NCBI RefSeq assembly: GCF_964204865.1
Contig: NC_135255.1
Coordinates: 3,162,001 to 3,226,000 of the forward strand
DNA length: 64,000 nucleotides
DNA from: Styela clava
Lineage: Eukaryota
Direction of reading: 5' to 3'
In this document: positions 12,401 to 24,700 of the stretch, piece after piece
Layout of the letters: every line of letters starts with the position of its first letter
How positions within the stretch are numbered: the first letter of the stretch is position 1
Position numbers and translations under genes: made by a program
Notes under the pieces: generated by a model
What the model was told of the DNA's origin: nothing
What the model saw: the letters and a program-made list of their open reading frames with translations, nothing else
The model's database searches: none

Positions 12401-15091
12401 CTTGCTATATTGATCACTCGTACCCGTGTATCAAGTTCCTCTGGGAAACGATTGGAAAAAATCCGAGGTGAAACAACTGAGTTCGATGTTGAAACTTCTA
12501 GCACAATATCTCTGAAAGTTCATCAACAAGATATTCAACCTAAATACCCTCACCGCGAAAGGTTTGTGTCATTTAGTTTTGTGAAGTGAATTACGCACAA
12601 CACTTGTAAAAGACATACTCATGTGCAGTATACCAAATAAATAAACAGTGATCTTCTATTTTCAGGCTTTTTACCAAGCGAAGCCCAATTCGTTTCAATC
12701 CTAATTCTCGATATGCTATTTGTCCATCACATCGAAACAGAATACTAACCAATCACCGCCCTATCATTTCACCTGAAAAACTGGCAAAGCTAAAGAAAGC
12801 TTACGGAAGTAGGTATTGTGTTTACAACACAGGGATTACTTTATATTCGCCCTATTTCTTGACTTCTCCCATAAGAAGACCTGAAAGTTTTAACAAATCC
12901 TTTACGGGACTCGACATTTTTCACATTTGTACATAATTTGCAATAGGTGATATAATAAATCAATGAATAATTCTATAACGTTTCTATGTGGAAATTCTCC
13001 AGACAGATTTTATGTTGGTTCATATAATAAGATACTACATGTGCCTATAATTGACTTTGCAGATTCTGCTTGCAGAAGTAAATTTTAAATGAGACGTCTA
13101 TGAATAGAGAAATAGGAAACACAATTTTATAAATTCTCATAACTTGTTTGAACAAATCGTGTCGCCTCTCCGAATCGAAGCACAGTTGCATACAATTTTT
13201 ATGAATTTCAAATAATTCACCTTCCAGTTTTAAATTGAATTAATTTGTTGTCGATCAATATCGTTGTTGTGTGAGCTGCTAACCATGAATATTACCTTCC
13301 AGAAAACAGTGTTAACATGAGTGGACTGAACGTTCGGAAATTAAGATTGCCGATGCATTGTGGGTACAGATGTATGTCCGCCAACGATGTCAACAATATT
13401 GTTAATCGTCTGAGTCATCTTTCGTGTCGTACAATTCATGATTGCTGCAGAGGGTTTGATGACTTACTTGTTTTAGTTACGCTCTAGTATCTTTCAATTG
13501 TGCTACGTCATATTCCGTTACCAAATTGTGGATAAAAATGAAGTCAAAATAATACCATCTTATGTTGATTATATCCGAACAATATAGTTTACTCTAGTGA
13601 GTCTAGCCTACAAATATTAACCAAATAAAAATGTATGTTTTTGTAACTTAATTTAAATTTCTTTATCTTCCGATATCCTTTATTCTTTAATTAGCTCAAG
13701 AATTATCATTTGGTTTTGATTCTCGCTTTCATAGCAATTCAAATGTCGTGCATTATTGCAAATTTATTCAGTAATATAACTATATAGGTAAATAAATCTG
13801 TACTATTCTTATCAAACCGTATATCTGAAAAATGCATTAATCAACTGACGTCGGATTTTTTCTACTGATGTTTACTGTCAAAAACATCATAATATTGAAA
13901 TTCGCATATCTATTCGGAAAATATTCGAAAAAAATTGACAGCGAATGTATAATTCTATCACAGTGATCAACCGAATGATCGGGAATATCTGAGATGCCGC
14001 ACTGCAACTCCCTATAGGAATTCTGACTCATTTCAGAAAAATCTATACGAAGTTAATAAATTAGCAGCAAAAACTTTTGACGAACGCCAAAAATTAGGGT
14101 ATGAAATTTCTTTGTATTGTTCTGAATATTATTACAAGCTGAATAAAGGGTACTCCCGTAGCATTTACCAGGTTAGGGTTAGGACATCATAATGTTATTC
14201 CGATTTTCCTTGTTTTAGTTCTATTACAAGACTGTCTGTGTTAGCCAAGTGAATATACCCCTTGCTCATAGGATTCCTCTTACACAACTTAGGCGAAGAA
14301 AATCAGTTACCTCCCTATCGGTACACATACTTCTGGAGCGCCGAATAAAGACCGTAACACTTGTTTAAACTGATACACCATTTCGCAGATTCGATAGAAT
14401 TCGTAGTGCTCCTGGAAATCAAGATGAAAGTGTATTAGAAAATCTGGAAAATGTTCTAACAAAAAGTCTCCATCAACTTGATCACAGTTTATTGCAAGCT
14501 AAAAATGTATGTATCATATCGATATTATATATTAGTGGTAACGTATGTACCGGTATATATATTCAGATGAATCCTAATGTTGTTATGAGCAGTGTTGTTT
14601 TTATATTTAGAAATTTGTGCTTAAAATATGAAGTTGAATCAGACTAATTCAAATACACCAAGTCAATTTTATCCAACCATGTTCATCAATTTTAAACATT
14701 TTTTATAAGCTTGTAATTTTCTTGTATCAGGTTATTTCAAGTCTGTCGGGTTTAATCGAGCAAGTTTCGCCAGGACCACAGATGGATGATATGAGAACGA
14801 TTAAATCTGCAGCTCATTATAGGTGAGAGTTACAAACTCACTTCATTGAGTGATATCGCTTCCAGATATAAATTCTCTATCATTTCAAATTTTAGAGAAC
14901 CCCGTTCTCAGGTACACACAATCCGACGGTGCAAGAGTCAAAGAGGACCGCGAAAGATGACAATTGAAGCAACATGCCAATGTGTTCGAGAAAAAATCAA
15001 TTCCGAGTCGAAAAATGGTGGCATGACAAACTTTCCTGCGATTCGATCCCGTTCCGGGAAAACTTTGAAACGATTTGAAAACAATCTTTAA
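9445..15091 (+). CDS. Uncharacterized Ser/Arg/Lys-rich, largely low-complexity protein. Exons 9445-9526, 9733-9986, 10600-10691, 11084-11630 (GC donor), 12386-12561, 12666-12808, possible micro-exon 13063-13077, 13303 to about 13453, 14037-14098, about 14389-14505, 14731-14822, about 14896-15091
   Basis: Consecutive exons bounded by splice signals join in phase and match the ORF-track frames at 9678, 11067, 12353 and 14846. The junction between about 13453 and 14037 could not be resolved. No recognisable domain. Confidence 0.7.
10082..10417. mobile_element. hAT-like MITE with GTCCCG subterminal repeats, intronic
   Basis: Left end TAGGCTTACCATACGTCCCG with several GTCCCG repeats; degenerate right end ATATGGTCA. 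Confidence 0.5.
11785..12216. mobile_element. hAT (Charlie-like) MITE inside the GC-AG intron
   Basis: Left TIR CAGTGGTTCTCAAACT, degenerate right end, and a near-perfect 8-bp TSD TACTAGGG (11777-11784) / CACTAGGG (12217-12224). Confidence 0.65.
14147..14342. mobile_element. MITE of the same family as 45304-45403, with internal GTTAGGGTTAGG
   Basis: Right end ACACATACTTCTGGAGCGCC matches the right end of the element at 45304-45403. Confidence 0.6.
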
Positions 15092-18000
15092 CAGCGTACA
15101 ATGGTAGAAATCTTTCACGGTATATAGTTGGTCCAATATCCTGTACCAAAGCATACCCTGTACAAAATTACTATATATATGTTAAATTACTTCAAACAGT
15201 ATCAACGGTATTGAAATTGAACTTGCTTATAAAAGGGAATAAGAGTATAGCACGTTTGACCATTCAAAATCGACGTTACTCACAATATTTACTAAAGTAA
15301 ACATTTTAATAAGGGGATAAAATATTCAAATTAATAAGTAATAGGTATGCGTAAAAATTGTGCGATTCAAAATCTTTTTAATTGCTGCTATCAACACTGA
15401 ACTATTCATTTTAACACTAGTATGGTAAGTACAGTACCGGAAATTCACGTGTATAATTAAGATTAGTAAATGTGTGAATTTTCTTAATGGAATTATTCTA
15501 TATAAAGCATCGTGTATATATATAAATTCGTTCGATGGAAGTTAGCTAACTTTGAAAAATAATTGGAGTACTAGTATTGCAGAGTCTAAGGAAGCCAATT
15601 ATGTGGTATACCTAAATTAAGTGAAAATGTTGTCCAGTGAGAACTTTGCATGGAACATGTCTAAAACCTCAGCTAAATTTTGTTAAATTGGATGATTGGA
15701 GAGATTCCTTCCGACCAGTTCAAAGAATCTAAGTTAGTTTGGGTACAGCCATGTTTAGAGTGAACGTATTACGCTAATTTTTTGGGTTAGCCATGAAATA
15801 AAGTTTAGTTACATTTCATATTAAATAAAAGGTTTGTGAAATGTTATTAAAAAAGTTTTAATGCAAGTTTATTTGAATCTTACTGGGCATGAAACAAAGG
15901 CTATATGTTTTATGATTGGGGTTTATCTAAATGTATATAGCGGGGCGCTAGGGGGTGACGTTCCCATTTGTCTATAGTAGCAGGACAGTAAATAACGACA
16001 ATGAGGAATGCATTTACGTTGGAATAATTGCACTAAATAAGTATAAATGTACATGTATATTATCCGTTATAAATTGTTCCGTTAGGGTAGAATTATGATT
16101 TGAATATAGGCCTTTTAAAATGTACGAAGAGAGCTAATTACACATAGAATGTGTAGCAAAAGAGGTATAGAAACACATGGTCAAGTTCGCAATGAAACCA
16201 ATTACTTATGCTAACAGTACCCGAATTTCAACATCATTGCTTCTAGACATCATCGAACTGATTCCACAAATGGATCATGGCTAAATTTCAGTAAATTCAG
16301 TTTGCCGCAAGACAACCCTCCATTGACCCAATAACCGCTGACAAAACAACATCTTCAAAGTGGAACCGGTATCACTTCAAGACACTAAACATCTATCAAT
16401 TTACTATTCTACTTAGAATTTTTAACACAGTAACAAATCTAGTTGAAGTATACTTAAAGTCATCTGTACAAATCAAACCTAATACTCAGACAAGTCGATC
16501 CAAAATAAATTATCTTTTGAACCAAAGGGCCTGACTGTGGCGATAAACCCACATAATAGTAAGAAGTGTAATATTTAGACTAGCAACAGAAGAATGGAAG
16601 TCGTATGCTCAATTTTTAAAATGTTGATTTGAGAACCTTTTTTTCAAATAGCAGCCTAATACTACATGACGCAAGATTTGTATTACGCCCATGTGTAGTT
16701 TGCTGGTACAATTTTAACTGAAATATAATGTCAGATGTCTGGCAGAAAATGAAATATTCCAGACAGTCAGGTTATTCTCGAGATATACATTATGTTTCGC
16801 AGTATTTTGGCATAAATAGCGCCGTTGGAGATAGGAATGCCGACGAACAAAAACACGGCAGGACAGAGAGAATTTAACGAAATATGTTAATGAGCACCCA
16901 ATGGTCGAAATTAATAGCTAAGGTTGAGAACTTGAGAGCGCAAATGTATCAATTTTGAGTATAGCTGTATTTGTTTTCTGTACATAATAATTTATATGCT
17001 CTTCGGATCTTCATTTTTTTTTTATAAAAAAATGAAAGAGAAGTTTCCTTCGATGACCAGTGTTTTTAAGTCATCTCGAACAAATATCTATTTGTATGTT
17101 ATTATCTTATGTATTTCCTGACGCCTCGGATATTTCGCAAATTCTTTCCATCGTAGCAAGGTGGGACCTTTTACAGTTGACTGAACAGTGAATGAATGAT
17201 TAACTGAAGCCCAAATATTGCGCAACTCAAACCAGTTGTCTATATCAGGTAAAATACGCTGACTGAGGTAAACATGCTTCGTCGAGCAAAAAACGTCAAT
17301 GAATGAAACCTCAAAAATACTTTTATACTTGACTAGTTCAGGAAAAGATGCGATTTTAAACCAAAATATAGGGGTTAAGTGGGAAGGTGGTCAACTGTAA
17401 CAAACATGCAGACGAGGACTAGTTGGTAAACAGTAAGTTAGTTCAATAATATTGAGAAGAACCTTATATATAGTTACATATTAAATTTCATAGCAGTAGC
17501 GAGAAGCTATCAGCTTGTGTTTGTATCTACCATAAATCAAAGTCATAATATGAAGACGCGAGGAAACAGAGAGACAGGACATTTCAACATCATGAACAAT
17601 TCGGTTCGCAGTGAAGGTTATTCTGGGCTTCAAAAATCTTTTTCTATTCATTATAAAAGATTTGACTGTATTATTTCGCTTCACTTTGTCTCTGATTGTC
17701 AAGTTGTCAAAAAACCAAGTTTCTATGCTTCAAAAGTAATAGTCTATCGTTATCACTTTAAACAGGGAAATTTGTCGAACATACTAATACTTATTTGCAA
17801 AAACTGTAGTATATTCATTCTCAATTTTTGCGTCTTTGGCAGCCAAAAAAACGCTGCTAAAACGTCAATTTATCATTATCTATTCAAGCTTACATCAGGC
17901 TGGGCCGCTAAAAGTCAGCCAAAGACACTCTCTTTCAACCAAATGAAATTGTAAATATTGATATAAGAAAGACGAAAATTCCACCTCAATTGGCAAATAA

Positions 18001-18744
18001 CAGAAAATAGGTTGCTTTGTATTATGTCTAGGCACGCTGTACTAACGACCAACTGTTTGTCGTCTGATTTGTTCCATGATAATATTTTTCGTTTCAACAA
18101 AAGAGCGTTTTATTGCTAGGTTTAGTAATTTTAGAATATTTGTGAAATTATAGCGCCACTGTGTATGAAGAATTTAATGATTTTATTGGATTCATCAGTA
18201 AAAATTTAGCGACAAGCTGATAGATCTAGGTAGTAACAGGCCCTCTTCCCATCTACTGTGAGTATGATAAAAAGAAAATCCTGTTTGTGAGTAATTAAAA
18301 TTTATCTTAATCGGAAATCTGTTGTCTAGAATCTAAATATGTCAAAAATTAGGGTCGCGTGCTATCGCGTTAGACGATGTGTTGGAGCACTTTGCAAAAC
18401 TGTGTTTTTTGATGAATTCGGAGGTCCCAAAAGATCCTATTTTTATTAGTGATTCTATTTGAAACATAAGCTATTGTTCCGATCAATGAGAATTCATTTC
18501 ACGTAATCGTATAAAAACAATTTCATATTTTTGATTCTTCTGTTTTTATTTTTAGTTAGTTTTTCTAGAGGTTTTGATGAACATGTAAAAACAATGATAA
18601 TATTAAAAACGATGCCAAAGTGAGTCTGAAACGAATAGAATGTCACAAAAACAACGTGACTCGAAAGATTCTGGAATGAGATGCAAAATGAATACCTCGC
18701 CAAAGGCCTGTCTTGCTATGCGACGATTCTGTGTGAATTCACAG

Positions 18745-21700
18745 ATGAAAAGCTTTTGCTTCCTGATGCAAATTATGTGTGTTGTGATTTCATTCCGACC
18801 ATCGCATTCTCAAGAATTTTTTCCGATTGACTTTACTAATTGCGATTTCAACACCGAACCTACTCGACCCGACTTTGTCCTTCCAAGAAGCGGAGACAAT
18901 GGATTCAGTGTAAAAATCGAAGGGATGCCGGAATACTATGAAAGCGAAAAAAGTTACACAGGTAAAGGGATGAAATGTATAATTTGCAATAATTTCATAA
19001 TACTCTAGGTTTGTATAACATATTTGTTTTTTTAACGCAATATAGACCTTAATTAATAAACGATGGTCGTGGATAGCTTTGAATGGTTTCGTGGCTGTGA
19101 ACATGATTTTCAAAACGGTTGCTCATCTTTTTCGTTACCTGATCTCTTTGGCCTTCCAGTCAGAGACTTATAGTATTTGAAGCCTGTCATCAAACAACAA
19201 AAACCAGTTGGCAACTTTTGTTTCTTTATTATTTATGATAAAAAATATTCCTAGTTTTTCTGAAATTGTTGTTGAACCGTAGCAAAACTGCGGGGGAGGT
19301 ACGACACAAAAACGGCGGCAATTAGCCAGCGGAGACGAAACGAAAGCGTTAAGAGACGAAACGAAAAGACGAGAATATCGGTTAGAGACCGAAGACTTAT
19401 CAATCGATTCATGCGCTCTCACTCCATAGTGACACCGTGTGTCCCGTCACTAATTAATTAATAACTCGCTAATTATACGACATAATTCTTCCAAAATCAA
19501 TAAGCTTCTGGTCCGAGATATGATGAATGCACATGCAAAAATTTGGAGCAGATTTAACCTCGCTTTCGTGAGATATCGCGGACAAACAAACAGACAAATA
19601 CCTATCAACATACTTACCGATCAAGATCGATAGGTAAAAAGGTTTGTGATCTCTAATATCAGCCATAAATCATGGGTCATTATCGAATTCACTGATGTTC
19701 GTTTGACTAGATAAATATATTTTGAGGGTATTTTAGAACTTCGCAAATGAACTTCCTCGCCCCTTGCGATTAAACAATAACAAGTCGCAACTCCTTTTTC
19801 AGTTACCATAAGTAGCACTCACCCAGCAACGTTTCGAGGATTTGCATTGGCGGCAGTACATGCAAACAACTACTCTTTGCCGGCAGGAAATTTCAAGGTA
19901 TGTTGAGTGATAAGTTCTGTTGTTACAAGCTCGTCTTACAGTTATGAGCGAAAATTTGTCAGGTAATCATGATAACATGAATTGGCTAGCCCTGTGACAT
20001 AGCCAGAGTGAAAAAAGAGGGTCAAATACAAATAGCTGGGTGAAACCGCGGGCCGCACCTTTAGGCTACTTAACATAATATGCTTTCTAGTAGTTGCAAG
20101 CAGAAAAAATTTGGTTGTTGATCCTATTACATGCGTTGTTTGCTTCGCACAAGCTAGCTGTTGGGGCATTGTAAGGTCATATTATGCTTAGATAATAAAT
20201 TGGTATAGGCTTTGCACCGCAACGGGATCGGTATTACTAGCACGTACCAGATTAAATTAAATTAAAAACTCATTTGGCGGGCCGCATACCATTCAAAATT
20301 GAAGGTTAGACTATAAAAAATATACCTATATACTAACTAAACTACTAGTGTATCTCTGAAGCTTTTGAACCCATCGTCAACGAAGAAGCATCCGTCCTGC
20401 AGTAATATTGTGACACAAACAACGTTGGGGAAGAAAGCATCTGTTCAATTTGTTTGGGATTCTCCTGCACCTGGATTCGGATGCGTACAATTTAAAGCTG
20501 TTATAATACAGAAAGGTTTGTAAACAATTGATATGATTTAATTTGAAAGCATACATATATTCATACAACTTGTCGAAACGTGTCGTGATCTACCCCAACG
20601 TTTCATGTTGAACGTTGCCATCCAACGACGTTTATTTCAAATTGTCGTATACGGTTTTTATTAATAAAAGTATCTGCGTCTCTACTAAACAAGCATACTT
20701 AGTATTATCCATCGTAATGATAGAATGTTTGTTTTATTACGTATAATATTTTTGCAGGTAAAATTTGGTACCGCGACGAAGACAAGTTAACCCAGACGCT
20801 ATGCGAGACGATCGATTCAAGTTCAGCAAGGGTAGCTCACATCTGTTGTTCCTGTGGATCTGCCCAATACAGAATGACTTTCTATGGTCTATGGTCTCCT
20901 CAAACTCATCCAAAGGATTATCCAGGTACGATCAAGTGTTCATCACTGTTTTATCAGTTATCATACTGGCCCATACATTGCTGGGTATTTCTTCTAATAA
21001 TTATGATTTCAGCCCTCTTTTTACTATGAAATCTCTCCTATGAACGTACGCACACACTCTCAAAATTTTTATTATGGTGAGAGTGATCGGGCTGCAGCCA
21101 GATGCCGAACATCAAAAATAGGCTCACCGATGATGACTTACTTACTCAAAGACAATCCGGTTGCCGAAAAAATAGGTTGTGAAATAATAATCAAATTTAC
21201 CAATGTTATATAACTGAATAGGTGATGATGCATTGATGGGTTAATTTTAGTATCTGTCTTTGTCTAATCAGAAATCTAAATATATCCTTCATATATAATC
21301 GCTTTCGTCCTCACGATGTTGTTACATTGAAACACTGTCTGATATACCAGCTATTAATAACTTATTTGTACAATTTATTATATATATATGAAGGTTACTC
21401 AACCCATTGGTCCAACGTCATCGGAGCATCACATAATGATCGGTACACTATTTGGGATTATGGTCAATACGCTACCGATGGAGTCAAAAAAGTAGCAGAA
21501 TGGGGTTGGCCGAATGCTGTTGAAAATGAAATAAGAGCTCAAGGTGACAGTGTTATCTCAGTTATAAAGACGAGAGCTCAGTGGCCGGCATTTCAACCGA
21601 GGAATATGTAAGTTATGTTTACCCCGACAATCGCTTTTGTAAAAAAGTTTTGAAAGTAACGTTAAATCATCTTCCCAGACGTGAACCACCATCCGCGATG

Positions 21701-24700
21701 TTTGATGTAGATGCTAGTCGTCACTTGGTGTCTCTGCTGACCATGTTGGGTCCAAGTCCAGACTGGAACGTTGGTATCACAAAAGAGAGCATGTGTACTT
21801 CACAATGTGGCTGGATAAATACAAAATCGTAGGTTTCCAATTTAGTATTTAATCTCACAATTTAAATCCACAATAGAACTCAGGAATCGCCGACATGATT
21901 TTTAAATCAACCCAATAGTGGTTAAAGGCGAATGTTAAGCGGATTCTTGTCGGCATATATTATTTCATGTTATTACATTCATTTCTTTAGGGCTCATGGA
22001 CAGTGGAAACATTCATTGTGAAATAACTAGATCGGGGTTACTTTATCCGTTATTGCTAAGTACGGCTTTACATAAAATTATCAATGATTTTTACATAAAC
22101 CGCATTTCCACCTATGTTTAAGTATCCAACATAATAAAAACATACGCCTAAACTATAAAATATTAATTTCAGTTATGATTTAACTCCATGGGATGCTGGT
22201 ACTGACAGTGGAGTATCCTACCTGTCACCGAACTCTCCTACGAATCCTCAAGATCGGATCCGAGCTCTCACAAGTTCAGATGACACAGAATCTCCGTTTT
22301 ACGATCCTTTAGGACGACCCATTGAACCTGTAGCAAGAGTAGTATTAGAGCGGATTAGCATATCCGTAAGATTTTTTTTTTATTAAAATTTTTGATTGAA
22401 GTCCACGGTATATATATTTTATCATATAACCAACGTTTTGCAGGGAGATCAATGTGGGCCTAGTCCGGTATCGAACTCTGCACCGCGTTCCACCGGAATT
22501 GATATATTATCGTCACCATCAGTAATTGAGCCTCCGTTGACTTCGTGCTTGTACGGTGAATGGTCCGAATGGAGTCAATGCGGAGTTACATGTGGATGGG
22601 GAATTAAAGTATGATCATAATATAATTATAATCGAATTAATCCGCTCTGTTCCGTGTCATCTGAAGTGTCGATGGCTGAATTGTTCTCAGATTCAAAAAA
22701 AAAGTGTAACCATGTAGGAGTATATGGTCTCGAATTGGCAAAGAAGATCTCCATAAAAAATTTAAATAAAGGCACTATACTTAGTTTCATGTTTCATTAG
22801 AATGTTTGCGGTGCAATAAATGACACCACGGTATTGCTCTAAAACAATTTTTCACTGTGCACTCGAAATCCAAGTTCCAACAGGACCTTAAATTATCTCA
22901 TTCTGGTCCTGTATTTGATTTGAAGATATAGGACCGGGTATAGTTATATTCAACTGATTGTATATGTATATTTCCCCAATGAGACTGACTATTAAATATA
23001 ACGCAACCAACCCAACTGCGAATAGCGGAATCAGTACCAGCAAACAAAACTGATTGCGATTTTCAATGGAATTATTTTTAGATGAGAACGAAGTCTTTAA
23101 TAAACAAACTGTTACCATCTGCATCATGCAAACCATCTATAACTGAAAAAGAAATTTGCAAAGGAGCAGCGTTTTGTGATAATGAAGATGATTCAACTGT
23201 GTGTCTATATTCAGGTGTGGGGTATCATCGCAATTAAGTTTGATATTGATGCTTGGTATTGATTAATTTGATTAAAAGCCTCAAACATGGCAATAGTTTT
23301 GACCAAATAATATCATTTACTTCACATTGCTAGATCTAAATTAGCCATGTCGTAGGTTCTAGTATTCGATTTATTTCAGAGTGGACTAAATGGTCTGACT
23401 GTACCGCTCCTTGTGGCTCCGATGCATTGAGATTTCGAACAAGGGAGCTCCAGTGGCCTTCAGAACCGAGGAACTGTCACGAGCCCCTGAAAGGTAAGTT
23501 TTTGGTATTTTCCAAATTGCCGAGACAATTAGTTGTTATGTAACTAAAAAACTACACCAAATTGGCTACTGTTGGAAAATTGACAATTTATGTAACATTA
23601 TCCCTACGCCGATTATACACATTGTTGTAATTTGCAGAAATGAGATTTGATTGCAATACTGAGCCATGTGAGTTAGATGTTTGTGAGTACGGTACTTGGT
23701 CGGACTGGATGCCATGCTCAACTCAGTGTGGAATTGGACAAACATTGCGGAAGAAGTATATTTCATTGAAATATTTATTATTGTCACTTGTATACCATTT
23801 TGTCAACAATTTTTCATGTATATATTTGAGTTGTGAGTGTGAATTCGTACAATATTTTGTAGAATTAAAAAGAGAACAATATATATATTTTTTGTATGCC
23901 TTTCAGTAATTTAAAACAAATTTGGGATAATTATTGACTTCTTTACAGATTTTCAATACAATCTACTGAAAAATGCGAATCCCCAGTAATGGAAATCAGT
24001 AAGTGCATGGCCTCCACTGACTGCGCAGCACCAGGTGCGTTGCTTGTTAAAATATATTCCTGAATCGCATGTTTCGTGTTTATTCAACCGTTTTATCAGA
24101 TCACAGAAGTTATAGTGAGATCATTTTATTGGATTTAAAAAGCGTTGAATGAAATTTCAATTTGGTTTCTTAGTTGGGTTTGATGTGCCTTCCGGATGCT
24201 CATACTCTCCGTGGACCGGTTGGATGCCGTGTCCTGTCACATGTGGTGTTGGAGAGACTTTCAGAAAACGAGTGTTAGATTTTTCTACCCCAGGTAAATA
24301 AACTTCGAACTTGTAAATATAAGTAATTTAAAGGAATTTTGGATTGTACTCCTACATATACTTTTAATTCGGTAAATAGTCACATTATTTCATTTGTTCT
24401 AATATCGATTAAGAGTTTTATTTAAACAAACTATACGGTACTCGTGAACTTTTGTGAAAAAATCAGATCATTTTAGATTGAAACTTCAACGTTCCCCAGC
24501 CGGGAATTTTTATTTATGTTTTTGGGGAAGGATTTTGCTTTGTATTCGGTGTGATAATATTAATATTCTTTAGTTATTCATTATTGCTATAGTACGTATT
24601 GTGAACACATAATAAACTACTAAAAGTGTACAAAAAAGGGAATGCAACAAGCGACTAGCAAAGGAACCATTAAAGATGTGAATAAAGCGAGGGTGAATAA

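Noticed and set aside
17517-17954. 145-aa ORF upstream of F-spondin
   Set aside because: Composition typical of translated AT-rich non-coding DNA, with no motifs or compatible exon chain.
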